Origin: Chiloscyllium plagiosum
Lineage: Eukaryota
Direction of reading: 5' to 3'
Assembly (NCBI RefSeq): GCF_004010195.1
Contig: NC_057711.1
Span: 80,016,566-80,080,565, forward strand
DNA length: 64,000 bases
Notes under the pieces: generated by a model
The model's database searches: none
Told to the model about the DNA's origin: nothing
What the model saw: the letters and a program-made list of their open reading frames with translations, nothing else
Made by a program: the position numbers and the translations under genes
Part shown: one piece after another, positions 23,401 to 35,514 of the stretch
How the letters are laid out: each line of letters starts with the position of its first letter
Position numbering within the stretch: the first letter of the stretch is position 1

Positions 23401-24191
23401 CTAATGATTTTGTTCCCTACTTGGATGTGCAATGCACTTGGTTTTGGTTGCAGCCTTTTAATTAGCAGGGAGCAGGATGCTTGTGTGTTGCAAGCATGCA
23501 AAGCAACAAGTACGGATTAACAGTTTCAGACTCTATATAAATGCAAGCTGTTGTTGTTATCACCATAAATACACAGGCTGAAAGGCTTTCCTCAGTTAAG
23601 TGATCTGATGAAATCCTTTGTAATTCTGAATGCAATCTTCTGCATTTCTACCTATAGACATAATGAATAAATTGGTATCTACAGATTAGACTCAGATTAG
23701 ATTATCAAATGAGTATCACTCATTGTCATCATACTGTGTTCTGATAACATATTTTAATACACAGCTACCCTGCTGGGAGTATAATTATAATGCAAATAGA
23801 TGCTATATCTATTTAAATAAAGATACAGTTATTAAACAAGTAAGGTGTACTCTTTTGTTATCAAATTCATCTTTTCTGTTTTCTGGAGAGGTTCATTTTG
23901 ATTCTGGAACAGGATCCCTATAAAGATTGAAATATTCAACTGCTGCCTTGTGCCATCATTAGTCCTGTACATCCTATGTCAACATATAACCTGTGAGACC
24001 AAATGGTCAAAAGAAAATGCTGGCATTCCAATTTACCCCAGGTGACACATTTGCAAGGAAGTGCAAAAATGCATTTTAATATTTTACCCTATACAGTACT
24101 TCCAATGAAGTTTTGCAGTTAAGCAGCATGACTGATGATTGATGGGATTTATTAAACATTTACTGATATACTGGGCTGCAATATAATGTGC

Positions 24192-24388
24192 AGGAACAAA
24201 AACTGAAAATGCTGGAAAGGCTCAGCAAGTCAGTGTTAATGTTTCGGGTTCAGTCTCCCCCAGAACTTCTGAGGAAGGGCCATTAAATTTGAAACATTAT
24301 ATCTGATTTCCCTCCACAGATGCTGCCAGATCTTTCCAGTAATTTGTTTTTGTTTCTGATTTCCAGCATCTGTAGCTTTTTTTGATTT
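24192..24388. mobile_element. Palindromic PLE-derived insertion (second subfamily) with 10-bp TSD
   Basis: TSD tataatgtgc at 24182-24191 and 24389-24398; inverted arm, then ttctgaggaagggcc...tgaaac...cacagatgctgccaga...ttccagcatctg. Confidence 0.75.
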
Positions 24389-24465
24389 TATAATGTGCCG
24401 GATTGCAGGGGTTTGGATGTTAAAACCAATGACAATGACCGTTAGTTGGGAAGGTGGTTGAAAGT

Positions 24466-24586
24466 CATTTCTGATTAAGGGCTTTTGCCTGAAACGTCGA
24501 TTTTCCCCGGATGCTGCCTGACCTGTGCTTTTCTAGCACCACACTCTCGACTCTGATCTCCAGCATCTGCAGTCCTCACTTTCGCC
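24466..24586 (+). mobile_element. PLE-derived short terminal repeat with 11-bp TSD
   Basis: TSD tggttgaaagt at 24455-24465 and 24587-24597; ctgattaagggcttttgcctgaaacgtcga core. Confidence 0.9.
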
Positions 24587-24957
24587 TGGTTGAAAGTTGC
24601 CAACTTCTGCACATCACTATTGTGTAATAAATTCTTGGCAAAGTAACATGTAATCTTAACATATAATCACCACTCGATCAGAACGATTTTGATGTGGATT
24701 TTTGGAGCTTTAACATTGTGTTTTCCAGGCTTCCTGGATCACATGAATATAAGCAAGGTGAAAAGAGGGGGGCATTGAGAGAATTGGTTATCATAACAAG
24801 GAAATGCCAGTTTGTTCCCTCAGCTCCTTTTTTACCACTTTTGGGAAAGTATCTGTTCATGGTACTTAACGCTGAGAATTTATTTTACATAGTTCTGGGA
24901 TGCCATGAACACTTTAAAAGTTTTAAGATCTCATCTGCAGTTGTGTGTGGAACCTGA

Positions 24958-26645
24958 GAACATGGGGAAGTGCTTAATGAATACTTTTCGTCAGTATTCA
25001 CATTAGAAAAGGGCAATGTTTGTGAGAATATTGGAGATACAGGCTACTAGATTAGATGGGATTGAGGTTGACAAAGAGGAGGTTTTAGCAATTTTGGAAG
25101 ATCTGAAAATAGGTAAGAGCCTAGGCCGGATGGGATTTATCCTTGGATTCTCTGGGAAGCCAGGGAGGAGATTGCAGAGCCTTTGGCTTTGATCTTTATG
25201 TCATCATTGTCGATAGGAGTAGTGCCAGAAGACTGGAGGTTAGCAAATGTTGTCCCCTTGGTCAAGAAGGCAAGTCGGGACAACCCTAGTAATTATAGGC
25301 CAGTGAGCTTTACTTCGGTTGTGGGTAAGGTGTTGGAAAAAGGTTATAAAAGTTAGGATTTATAATCATCTAGAAAGGAATAATTTAATTAGGGATAGTC
25401 AACACAGCTTTGTGAAGGGTAGGTCGTGCCTCATTAACCTTATTGAGTTCTTCGAGAAGGTGACAAAAGAGGTGGATGAAAGTAAAGTGTTGATCTGGTG
25501 TATATGGATTTCAGTAAAGTGTTTGATCAGGTTCCACATGGTAGGCTATTGCACAAAATATGGAGGTGTGGGATTGAGGGTGATTTAGTGGTTTGAATCA
25601 GAAATTGGCAAGCTGAAAGAAGACAGAGGGTGGTGGTTGATGGGAAATGTTCATCCTGGAGTTCAGTTACCAGTGGTGTGCCGCAAGGATCTGTTTTGGG
25701 GCCACTCCAGTTTGTCATTTTTATAAATGATCTGGATGTGGGCATAGAAGAACGGGTTAGTAAATTTGCGAATGACACTAAGGTAGGCAGAGTTGTGAAT
25801 AGTGCCAAAGGATGTTGTGGGTTACAGAGGGACATAGATAAGATGTAGAGCTGGACTGAGAAGTGGCAAATGCACTTTAATGTGGAAAAGTGAGGGGTAG
25901 TTCACTTTGGAAGAAGTAACAGGAATGCAGAGTACTGGGCTAATGGTAAAATTCTTAGCAGTGTAGATGAACAGAGAGATCTCGATGAACGGGTACATAT
26001 ATCCCTGAAAGTTGCCACCCAGGTTGATAGGGTTGTTAAGAATGCATATGGTGTGTAGCATTTATTGGTAGGGGGATTGAGTTTCAGAGCCACAAGGTCA
26101 TGCTTCAGCTGCACAAGACACTGGTAAGGCCACACCTGGAGTATTGTGTCCAGTTCTGGTCACCACATAATAGGAAGGATGTGGAAGCTTTGGAAAGGGT
26201 TCAGGGGAGATTTACCAGGATGTTGCCTGATATGGAAGGAAGGTCTGATGAGTAAAGGCTGAGGGAACTGAGGCTGTTTTTACTGGAACGAAAAAAGTTG
26301 AGAGGTGACTTAATCGAGACATATAAGACAATCAGAGGGTTAGATAGGGTGGACAGTGAGAGCCTTTTTCCTCGGATGGTGAAGGCCAACACGAGAGGAC
26401 ATAACTTTAAACTGAGAGGTGATAGATTTAGGACAGATATCAGGTATAGTTTCTTTACTCAGAGTAGTAGGGGCGTGGAACGGCCTGCCTGCAACAGTGG
26501 TAGACTCACCATCATTAAGGATGTTAACTGGGCATTGAACATACATATGGATAATAATAGGTTAGATTAATTTCACAGGTCGGTACAACATTGAGGGCCG
26601 AAGAGCCTGTACTGCGCTATCACATTCTATGTTCTATGTTCTATC
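24958..26645 (+). mobile_element. CR1 LINE (HER1-like), long 3' fragment with microsatellite tail
   Basis: RDSQHSFVKGRSCLINLIEFFE; VTSGVPQGSVLGP...SKFANDTK; RGDLIETYK; ends gggccgaagagcctgtactg...(ttctatg)n, a tail shared with HE1 SINEs. Confidence 0.95.
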
Positions 26646-26698
26646 TGCACTTTAATGCTCTGATCTATCAGATCAGCAAAGGTGCCACTTATGAGGAT

Positions 26699-27615
26699 GT
26701 TTGAAAGGGCAGTGGGAGAGGCAGTTGTGGAGTCAAAGCCAGGAAGCAATACAGTTAAAAAGTTCGATAATCTCACAGTGCACATTGCAATGTCCGACTG
26801 CAATTGTCATCATTGATCATCAGATGAGGATTAAGACATCTCGCTGCAGCACCAATAGCATTTGCCAATTACAAAGCTGCCATTCCATTGGACACAGAGG
26901 ATCAGCTGAGAGTAGCAGCGCTGAGAAAGCCACACCTGGTACTCAGAATCGACAAGTGGAGGATAAACTACCTTATTATATCAGAATGTCAGTGTTTTGG
27001 GAGACTAAGGAAATCTCAATCATTTAAAGCCTGCTGTCAACTGGATTGTGTGGCCATGTTTTGCCCGTGTCTGTTCTAACTTTGGATTATTTGTTGTGTG
27101 GGAGGTATTTGTAGCATCTTGCCATTGGTTTTGCATACGACAGGTAAGTTATTTCCAGGGCTGGCAAATGTATGAACATTACCAGGAATGGAGCCAGTTG
27201 GAATAAGCAGGTACTCAGGCTTGGAGCTCTGGCTGGCTTCCCACAAGTGAAGAGTATCATTGACTGTACACGTGTGGTAATGAAGGTACCAACTGATTCA
27301 TGGTTCACTCAGGAAAGCTCATCGGCAGCAAGGATTTCCAGCCCACCAATTTACAGCTGGTGAGTGACCACAAAAGGATCTTTACACAAGAATGTGTAAG
27401 ATTCTGTGAGAGAAACCTAGGATGCTTTTCATCCTGCAACAGTCCACACTCCCTTTCATCTTGGGACTGGGAAGCAAAGTTATCGGTTGGCTGCTCCATG
27501 TTATGAATCCCAACTAAAAAGATGGATCATTACACCTTTCAGATATCTGAGGAATGAAGTCTAGGAGCTCTACAATACATGTACATTGCACTAGATGATC
27601 ACTGAAAACGCCATT
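26699..27615 (+). mobile_element. PIF/Harbinger relic: short Myb fragment plus decayed HARBI1-like DDE transposase
   Basis: RINYLIISECQCFGRLR (N-terminus); ALAGFPQVKSIIDCTRVVMKVP; SKDFQPTNLQLVSDHKR..CVRF, against the family pattern GFP.V.GAIDCTH / RKGFHS.NVQLVCD. Confidence 0.8.
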
Positions 27616-27885
27616 GTTTGATTGATTTGATTTGACTCATTGCTGCCACATGCACCAAAATAGAGTGAAAAATATTGTTTTGCATGCACTATGGGCAAAT
27701 TGTACCATACAGAGTGCATCAGGTAGCAGAACAGAGTGCAGAATATAGTGTTACAGCTGCAGAAAAGGTGCAGATAAAGAGAGAGATCAACATTAACATT
27801 TGGAGGTGCATTCAAAAGCCTGATAACAGCAGGAAAGAAGCTGTTCTTGAATCTGCTCGTAACAATATTTAAACTTTTATATCTT
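27616..27885 (-). mobile_element. Rex1/Babar-type LINE 3' end
   Basis: (gattt)n tail and aaagaagctgttcttgaatctgct, resembling the reverse complement of the 43670-43930 terminus. Confidence 0.65.
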
Positions 27886-28816
27886 CTTTATAAAAACATG
27901 TTTTATGTGCTGAGACTAATCTGAATGGTCCTCACTACACACAAATATCTTGATTTCCACTCTGCACTACATTGTGTTGCCATGGGGTTTGCATCTGCAG
28001 GAGGAAAAGAGTGCAAAGCACAGAATCTTGTGTTTTGAATAGGAGGAGGTGAAAGGTGATGTGCAAGTATGCATTATTACACAGGATGTTCACAATTCCC
28101 TGAACACTCTCAGTCTCACTGATGTTCAAATAATGCATCAGATAAACTCATACAAAAAGTCACTGTTGCTTAGCTTTCACCTGTACTCTAAATCACTCAA
28201 ACAAAGCAGAATTGGAAACAGTCAAAGATCCTTTTCATATACTGCATTTACTTATTGACAATTCAGGTCTTCCAATCACATGCTGATCTTATCCCAAACC
28301 TCCACCCAATCTTTGATGTTCCCCTCCCTCACTCTCACAAGCGCCTCCAATCATCTCCACCATTACAATCCTCCCCTCCCTCGACCCTCTGGATGAGGTT
28401 TGGTGTCAAAGAGGTACTCCCCCTCATTGACAATAAGCTTTTCAAACTGGTTGGTTACAGTTGGGAAAACGGAAATGTAAAAATAAAATGATATTCATAT
28501 CATGCCATTAAAATCAGAAATCCCTGAAAGTAGCCAATATTTCTCAAGAGATCCATTCTGCCCTCATTTCCTCATCACTTCCATGCTTATACCCAGCCCA
28601 CTGTCTTTGAGAGCATTCCAAGTTTTGAATTATTACATACAACATTCTCAATTTGTCATTACTGAAGTTATTCTCTTGTGATAAATTCACAGCTGACAAC
28701 TTTTGGCAAGCGGTTCATTGAACTAATTGATGCATTATTATAGATTGTCTTAATTGCTAATCATTAACAAGATTAGGAAATTTGTGAACACATTCCTTGA
28801 CATAGCTAAATCTTTA

Positions 28817-29133
28817 CACAGTGGTTAGCACTGCTGCCTTACATCGCGAAGGACCCAGGTTCAATTCCAGCCTTGAGAGACTGTCTGTGTGAAGTTTGCA
28901 TGTTGTCCCTGTGTCTGCATGTGTTTCCTCCAGGTGCTCTGGTTTCTTCCCACGGTCCAACGATTTGCAGGTTAGGTGGGTGGCAACGCTAAATTGTCCA
29001 TGGTTTCCAGGGATATGCAGCCTTGTGGATTACCTATGGGAAATGTGGTGTTACAGGAATAGATTGAAGGAGTTGATCTGGGTGGGATGCTTTTTGGAAG
29101 GTTGGTCTATCTGCTCTTTCGAGATTCTGTGAT
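28817..29133 (+). mobile_element. HE1 SINE (diverged)
   Basis: cagtggttagcactgctgcct...ggttcaattcca...gtttgcatgttgtccctgtgtctgc. Confidence 0.9.
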
Positions 29134-29326
29134 TCTTTGAGAATGTCTTTTCAGTTAGTTTTTTAAAGGGATGTCTTATTATGTCTTTAGATTTGACTTG
29201 ATATATTTCTTCTGGTGTGCTTCAGAGATGACTTCCATAACCAGTCATAGCATCCTATAAATTGAAGTTCACCTACTTTGTGTTATTCTATAACATTGTA
29301 AGCCAGAGGTTGAATAGAAACATTTA

Positions 29327-31782
29327 CCATAAGAAATAGGAGTGAAAGTAAGTCCATTCAGCTCATCAAGCTGGCTCCGCCATTCAATCATGGCTGATGG
29401 GCATTTCAACGCCATTTACCCGCACTCTCCTCATATCCCTTAATTCCTTGTGAGATGACGAATTTATTAATCCCTGCCTTGAAAACAGTTAACATCCCGG
29501 CCTCCACTGCATTCGTGGCAATGAATCCCACAGGCCCACCACTCTCTGGCTAAAGAAATGTTTCCTCATTTCTGTTTTAAATTGACCTCCTCTAATTCTA
29601 AGCCTGTGCCCACGGGTCCCAGTATCCCCGCCTGACTGAAACAAATTCCCAGCATCCAGCCTTTCTAAGCCATGCATTATCTTTTAAGTTTTTATTAGAT
29701 CTCCCCTCAACCTTCTAAACGCTAATGAATACAATCCCAGGATCCTCAGCCATTCATCGTATGTTAGGCCTACCATTCCACCGATCATCCGTGTGAATCT
29801 CCGTTGGACACGCTCCAGTGCCAGTATGTCCTTCCTGAGGTGAAGGGCCCAAAACTTGACACAATATTCTAAATGGAGCCTAACCAGAGTTTTATAAAGT
29901 CTCAGTAGTACATCGCTGCTTTTACATTCCAACCCTCTTGAGATAAATGGCAACATTACATTTGCTTTCTTAACCATGGACTCAACCTGTAAGTCAACCT
30001 TTAGAGAATACTGGACTAGCACTGCCAGATCCCTTTATACTTTGGCTTTATGAATTTTCTCACCGTTTAGAAAATATTCCATGCCTATATTCTTTTTTCC
30101 AAAGTGCAAGACCTCACATTTGCTCATGTTGAATTTCATCAGCCATTTCTTGAATCACACTCCTATACTGTCTAATCTTTCTGCAGCCTCCCCATGTCCT
30201 CAGAACTACCTGCTTGTCCGCCTAACTTTATATCATCGGCAAATTTAGCCAGAATGCCCCCAGTCCCTTCATCCAGATCATTAATATATAAAGTGAACAG
30301 CTGTGGCCCCAACACTGAACCCTGTGGGACACCACTTGTCACTAGCTGCCATTCCGAAAAAGAACTTTTTATCTCAACTCTCTGCCTTCTGTCAGACAGC
30401 CAATGCCAATAATCCATGCCAGAAGCTCACCTCGAACACCATGGGCCCTCACCTTACTGAGCAGCCTCCCGTGAGGGACCTTATCAAGGGCCTTTGGAAG
30501 TCCAGGTAGATAACATCTACTGGGTTTCCCTGGTCTAGCCTACTTGTTACCTCTTCAAAGAATTCTAACAAGTTTGTCAGGCACGATACCCCCTTACTAA
30601 ATCCATGCTGACATGTTCTAATCCAACCCTGCACTTCCAAGAATTTAGAAATCTGATCCTTAACAATGGATTCTAGAATTTTACCTACAACTGAGGTTAG
30701 GCTAATCAGCCTGTAATTTTCCTTCTTTTGTCTTGATCCTTTCTTGAACAAGGGGGTTACAACAGCGATTTCCAATCATCTGGGACTTTCCCTGACTTCA
30801 GTGATTTTAGAAAGATTTCAACCAAGACCTCCACTATTCCTTCAGCCACCTCCCTCAGAACTCTAGAATGTAGCCCATCCGAGCCAGGAGTTTAATCAAT
30901 TTTTAGACCTTTTAGCTTTTCTAGTACTTTCTCTTTTGTGATGGCTACCAAATTCAAAACTGCCCCTTGACTCTCCTTAATTGTTGGGATATTACTCATG
31001 TCTTCCACTGTGAAGACTAACACAAAGTATTTATTAAGTTCTTCAGCTATTTCCTTATCTCCCATCACTAGCCTTCCAGCATCAATTTGGAGCATCCCAA
31101 TTTCTACTTTTGCCTCTCATGTGTTTCTTATGTATTGAAAAAATCTTTTACTATCATTTCTAATATTACTGACTAACTTACCTTCATATTTGATCCTCTC
31201 CTTCCTTATTCCTCTCTTTGTTATCCTCTTTTGTTTTTGTAGTTTTCCCAATCTTCTGATTTCCCAGTGGTCTTGGCCACTTTATTTCCCAATCTTCTGA
31301 TTTCCCAGTGGTCTTGGCCACTTTATAGGTTCTCTCTTTTTCTATGATACATTTCCTGACTTCCTTTGTCAGCCATGGCTGTCTAATTCCACCCCCCACA
31401 CCAAACCCCCCCGCCCGATAATCTTTCTTTTCTTTGGGATGAATCTCTGTATTGTGTCCTCAATTACACCCAGGAACTCCTGCCATTGTTGCTCCACTGT
31501 CTTCCCCACTAGGCTCTGCGTCCAGTTGATTTTCATCAGTTCTTCTCTCAGGCCCCGGTAATTACCTTTATTTAACCTTTATTACATCCGATTTTGCCTT
31601 CTCTCTTTCAAACTGCTGACTGAACTCTACCATATTATGATCGCTGCTTCCTAAGTGTTCCCTTACTTAAAGATCTTTTATAAAGTCTGGCTCATTACAT
31701 AGCACTAAGTCCAGAATAGCCTGCTCCCTTGTGGGCTCCATCATAAGCTGTTCCAAAGATCCGTCCTGGAAGCATTCCATTT
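29327..31782 (-). mobile_element. CR1 LINE, ~2.45 kb 3' portion of ORF2 (same subfamily as 780-2618)
   Basis: ORFs 29489-31399: QPWLTKEV; EIAEELNKYFV; NYRLISLTSVVGKILES; SGVPQGSVLGPQLF...AKFADDIKLGG; HLEYCVKFW...RRLRGDLI. Confidence 0.97.
31245..31326. repeat. Perfect 41-bp tandem duplication inside CR1
   Basis: ttcccaatcttctgatttcccagtggtcttggccactttat twice (31245-31285, 31286-31326). Confidence 0.95.
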
Positions 31783-32029
31783 GCTTCATTGGAAATATAA
31801 CAATTCCACATGTAGCCTACTTGGTTTCAGGAAGCATTATACTAAGCATTGTTAACTGACCATGCTGCTGAGGCTACAAAATACAGAACAAGTTTGTTAA
31901 TAATTTATAAGCAGTGGCAAAGATGATACAACATATCACAGCAACGTACACAATAGGTTTATCGCTCCTAAAATACATAAAGTAATAAACAGATGTCATC
32001 CTGCAATTCATATTTTTCGTAAACTGAGA

Positions 32030-32275
32030 TGGCTTGTGAGTTCAGTTCCCACTGTGGATACTTCACAAATTGAGTTCAATAAATCTGGTAATTTGTGAGC
32101 TGACATCAAAAAAAGACCATGAAAACTGTCAGATTGTTATAAAAGCCCAACTAAATTAAGAATGTCCTTTAGGAAAGGAATTTTTATCTCGCCTCAGGTG
32201 ACCCAGTCCCAAAATTTGTGATGATTCTTAATACTCTCAAGAAAGCTAGGAATAGGCAATGAATATTACCATTTC
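32030..32275 (+). mobile_element. tRNA-derived SINE (family sharing head and tail with the unassigned LINE), decayed
   Basis: gaccatgaaaactgtcagattgttataaaagcccaact...aatgtcctttaggaaaggaa...gctaggaataggcaatgaat. Confidence 0.6.
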
Positions 32276-32337
32276 ACCCAAAAAGAAAGGTTGAAATTTT
32301 CTGATCGCTAGTTTTTTAATGCTACCATTTAATTAAA

Positions 32338-33052
32338 GAATCGTAGAATGGTTACAGCACAAAAAGAAGCCATTCCACCGATCATGCCTGTGCCAAGTTT
32401 ATGCACAAGAACTCAACTTGTCTACCTATACCCCACTCTCCCTCCATGTACTTTCACCCATAGATCTGCAAGTTTTTTTGAAAACCACAATTGAATCAAC
32501 CTCTATTGTACCCTCAGAGGGTGCATTCTGGAACTTAAATACTTTTCCTGCAAAAAAAGGCTTCCTCATGTGACTGTTGCTTCTTTTGTGAGTCATCTTA
32601 AACTGGTGTCTACTAGCTCTTGATCTTCTAGTCAAAGAGAACAAATGTGTCCATAATTTTGAACACTTCTCTCAAATTACCTCCTAAACCTATCCATGTA
32701 ACTGATGCCCTTCATTCCTACAGCAATTCTCATAAATCATATCTGCATTTTATTTAATGCCTTCATACTTTCCTTTGATCCCCTTACTAACCAAGAACCT
32801 ATCTATCATTATCTTGGTCTCTGCAGCCTTCTGCGACAATGGATTTCATAAATTAACCACCCATTTTCTGAAAAAAATTCTTCATCATCTCAGTTCTAAA
32901 GGGTCACTTTGAGGCTATGCCCTGGATTCCAGTCTTTATTGTATGATTGGAATCATCCTTCCCTCATCTCTTCTATCTAGGCTTCACAGTATTCTATTAG
33001 TTTCAATGAAATCCCTCCGCATCCTTCTAAAACTTCATCGAGTACAGATACT
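32338..33052 (-). mobile_element. Decayed CR1 3' fragments (two abutting pieces)
   Basis: tagaatggttacagcacaaaaagaagccattc start; ORF 32426-32644 resembles the CR1 C-terminus; atccctccgcatccttctaaa. Confidence 0.65.
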
Positions 33053-33687
33053 TGGAAAGATCTTTTATCAACTTCTGTTAATTATTTTAATATGAGAATA
33101 AATAAAATTCTTGAAAAAGTAAGATTTAACAGAAGATTTTAGCCTTGTAAGAATCCATAAATAAGTTATTTAAGGATCTCTACAGATCACAGATAAGAGA
33201 CAATTGTTAGAATTATTAGTAATTCTTTGTCAGGCTTATTATATAAAGAAAGTCTGACTTTGGATAAAACTGTTTAGGTTGTGCTGGAGGCAGAAACCCG
33301 GAATGCCATAAACGAGAATAAAACTTCGATCAACTAAACAGCCATCTTCTTTGATGAAGATTCATGACACTAAAAGTTTCTTCCATGTTGATATGGGATC
33401 AAGTACCAGGAGTTTAAATGTCTGACTGACTGCCTAGTTTAACAGTATTAATGTCTTCCACAAAGGACTTCTAGACAATCAAAGCTACTCCACTAAAGAG
33501 ATATTTTTTGGCTCACACCATGTCAAAAACTGAAGATGGCTCAACTGCACTCAAGCTAAAAGCCTATCAATCTTCCAAGTCCAAACAGAATATATCCTAA
33601 ATGAATTGTGAAATCTCTAGACCACCTGAATTTGTGAAGTCATAGATGGAGAAATTGTAAGTGTAAACTCTTAATTATTTCCATCTA

Positions 33688-33962
33688 GAAGATCAGGGGC
33701 AGCAGATACATGGGAACACCACCGCCCTCAAGTTTCTCATCCAAGCCACTCACCATCCTGACTTGGAAGTATATTGCCAGTCTTTCAGTTTTATTAGATC
33801 AAAATCCTGGAATCCTCTTCCTAATGGCTTTGTAGGTCAACCTACAGAATGTGCACTGCAATGGATCAGGAAGCAGGTCACCACCGCCTTCTCAAGGGCA
33901 ACTTGGGACAGGCAGTAAATGCCGGCCAGCCAATGATACCCACATCCCACAAGTGAATTAGA
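33688..33962 (+). mobile_element. 3' end of the unassigned APE-RT LINE
   Basis: gcagcagatacatgggaacaccacc...ccactcaccatcctgacttggaagtatattgcc...ctcaagggcaacttgggacaggcagtaaatgccggccagcc; homologous to 53530-53790. Confidence 0.8.
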
Positions 33963-34299
33963 AAAATTAAACATGAATGCATAAATCTTAATTACAGGGA
34001 AAGATCTGGGGGAAGCGAAAAATATTATGTAGGATAAGTATTGGAGAAAGGATTGAAAGTACTGGAGACTTCATTAAGTTTGATTCAATCTGATGAGGTC
34101 ATACTATCTTGGTGGAGATAAGGCAGGACACTTGAGGATTTTATGGAGTGCATACTTTTATTCTCAGGTCTGTTCATTGGCTTAGTAACAATATTAACTT
34201 ACTAATGTAGCTTGTACCTGGCTGCTACCATACAATAAACAAAATTTTGTTTAAGATAAGAGACTCATGTGGTTAAGACTCACTAGTAGTTGTAAACCA

Positions 34300-34810
34300 A
34301 ATGGAGTATTGTGTGCAGTTTTGGTCTCCATACCTAAGGAAAGGTATAATTGCCATAAAAGGAGTGCAGTGAAGGTCCACCAGACTGATTCCTGGGATGG
34401 CAGGTTTATTGTATGAGGAGAGATTGTGTTGACTGGGCCTGCATTCCCTGATATTTAGAAGAATGACAAGTGAAATGTTGGAAGGTTATTCCCAATGATT
34501 TGAACATCCCGAACCAAGGGTTACAACTTAAAGATATAAGGTAGGCCGTTAGGGATTGAGATGAGGAAAATCTTCACGCAGAGTGTGGTGAGCCTGTGGA
34601 ATTCTCTGTCACAGAATGAGGCTGAAGGTAATACTTGAATATTTGCAAGAAGGAGTTAGATATAGTTCTTAGGGCTGAAGGCATTGGAGCATATGGGGAG
34701 AAAGTAGGAATGAGTTGTTGAGTTGAATGATTAGCCTTGATCTTATTGAATGGTGAAGAAGGCTCAAAGGGCTGAATGGCCTACTCCTGCTCCCATTTTC
34801 TATGTATCTA
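34300..34810 (+). mobile_element. CR1 LINE 3' fragment
   Basis: tggagtattgtgtgcagttttggtctcc encodes EYCVQFWSP; ends ggctgaatggcctactcctgctcccattttctatgt. Confidence 0.88.
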
Positions 34811-34921
34811 ATTCAAAAATATGAAATTCTGATAAAGTTAAAAATCACACAACACCAGGTTATAGTCCAACAGGTTTAATTGGAAGCACACTAGCTTTCG
34901 GAGCGACGCTCCTTACACAAT

Positions 34922-34956
34922 CACCTGATGAAGGAGAGTCGCTCCGAAAGCTAGTG
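34922..34956 (+). ncRNA. Minimal type I hammerhead ribozyme motif
   Basis: cac-CTGATGA-a-ggag(agtcg)ctcc-GAAA-gc-TA^-gtg: stem I cac/gtg, stem II ggag/ctcc, palindromic AGCT in place of stem III; predicted cleavage after 34953. Confidence 0.75.
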
Positions 34957-34995
34957 TGCTTTCAATTAAACCTGTTGGACTATAACCTGGTTTTT

Positions 34996-35315
34996 TTTAG
35001 ATTAGATTACTTACAGTGTGGAAACAGGCCCTTCGGCCCAACAAGTCCACACCACCCCGCCGAAGCACAACCCACCCAGACCCATTCTCCTACATTTACC
35101 CCTTACCTAACACTACGGGCAATTTAGCATGGCCAATTCACCTGACCTGCACATCTTTGGAATGTGGGAGGAAACTGGAGCACCCGGAGGAAACCCATGC
35201 AGACACGGGGAGAACGTGCAAACTCCACACCAGTCAGTCGCCTGAGGCAGGAATTGAACCCGGGTCTCTGGCGCTGTGAGGCAGCAGTGCTAACCACTGT
35301 GCCACCGTGCTGCCC
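34996..35315 (-). mobile_element. HE1 SINE, full length, young
   Basis: Closely similar to 9965-10290; A/B boxes; (aatct)n tail. Confidence 0.95.
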
Positions 35316-35514
35316 ACAAACGGCACGGTGTTGTGTAATTTTTAACTTTGTACACCCCAGTCCAACACCGACATCTCCGAATCAGAAATTCTGATAGGGT
35401 GGGACAGACTGGATGCAAGGATGGGATTCCACAATAAGGGTCACAACCTCAGGACACAGGATAAGCCATTTCAAGCCATTGAGGAACATTTCTTCATTCA
35501 AGCCATGGTGAACT

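Larger units (their letters stand above)
34835..35384. mobile_element. Palindromic PLE-derived element (third subfamily) with 12-bp TSD, interrupted by an HE1 SINE
   Basis: TSD gaaattctgata at 34823-34834 and 35385-35396; left arm 34835-34914 is the reverse complement of 34931-34991 plus ~35327-35349. Confidence 0.9.

Noticed and set aside
27172..27506. Functional HARBI1 gene
   Set aside because: Multiple frameshifts and degraded catalytic motifs; a transposon relic.
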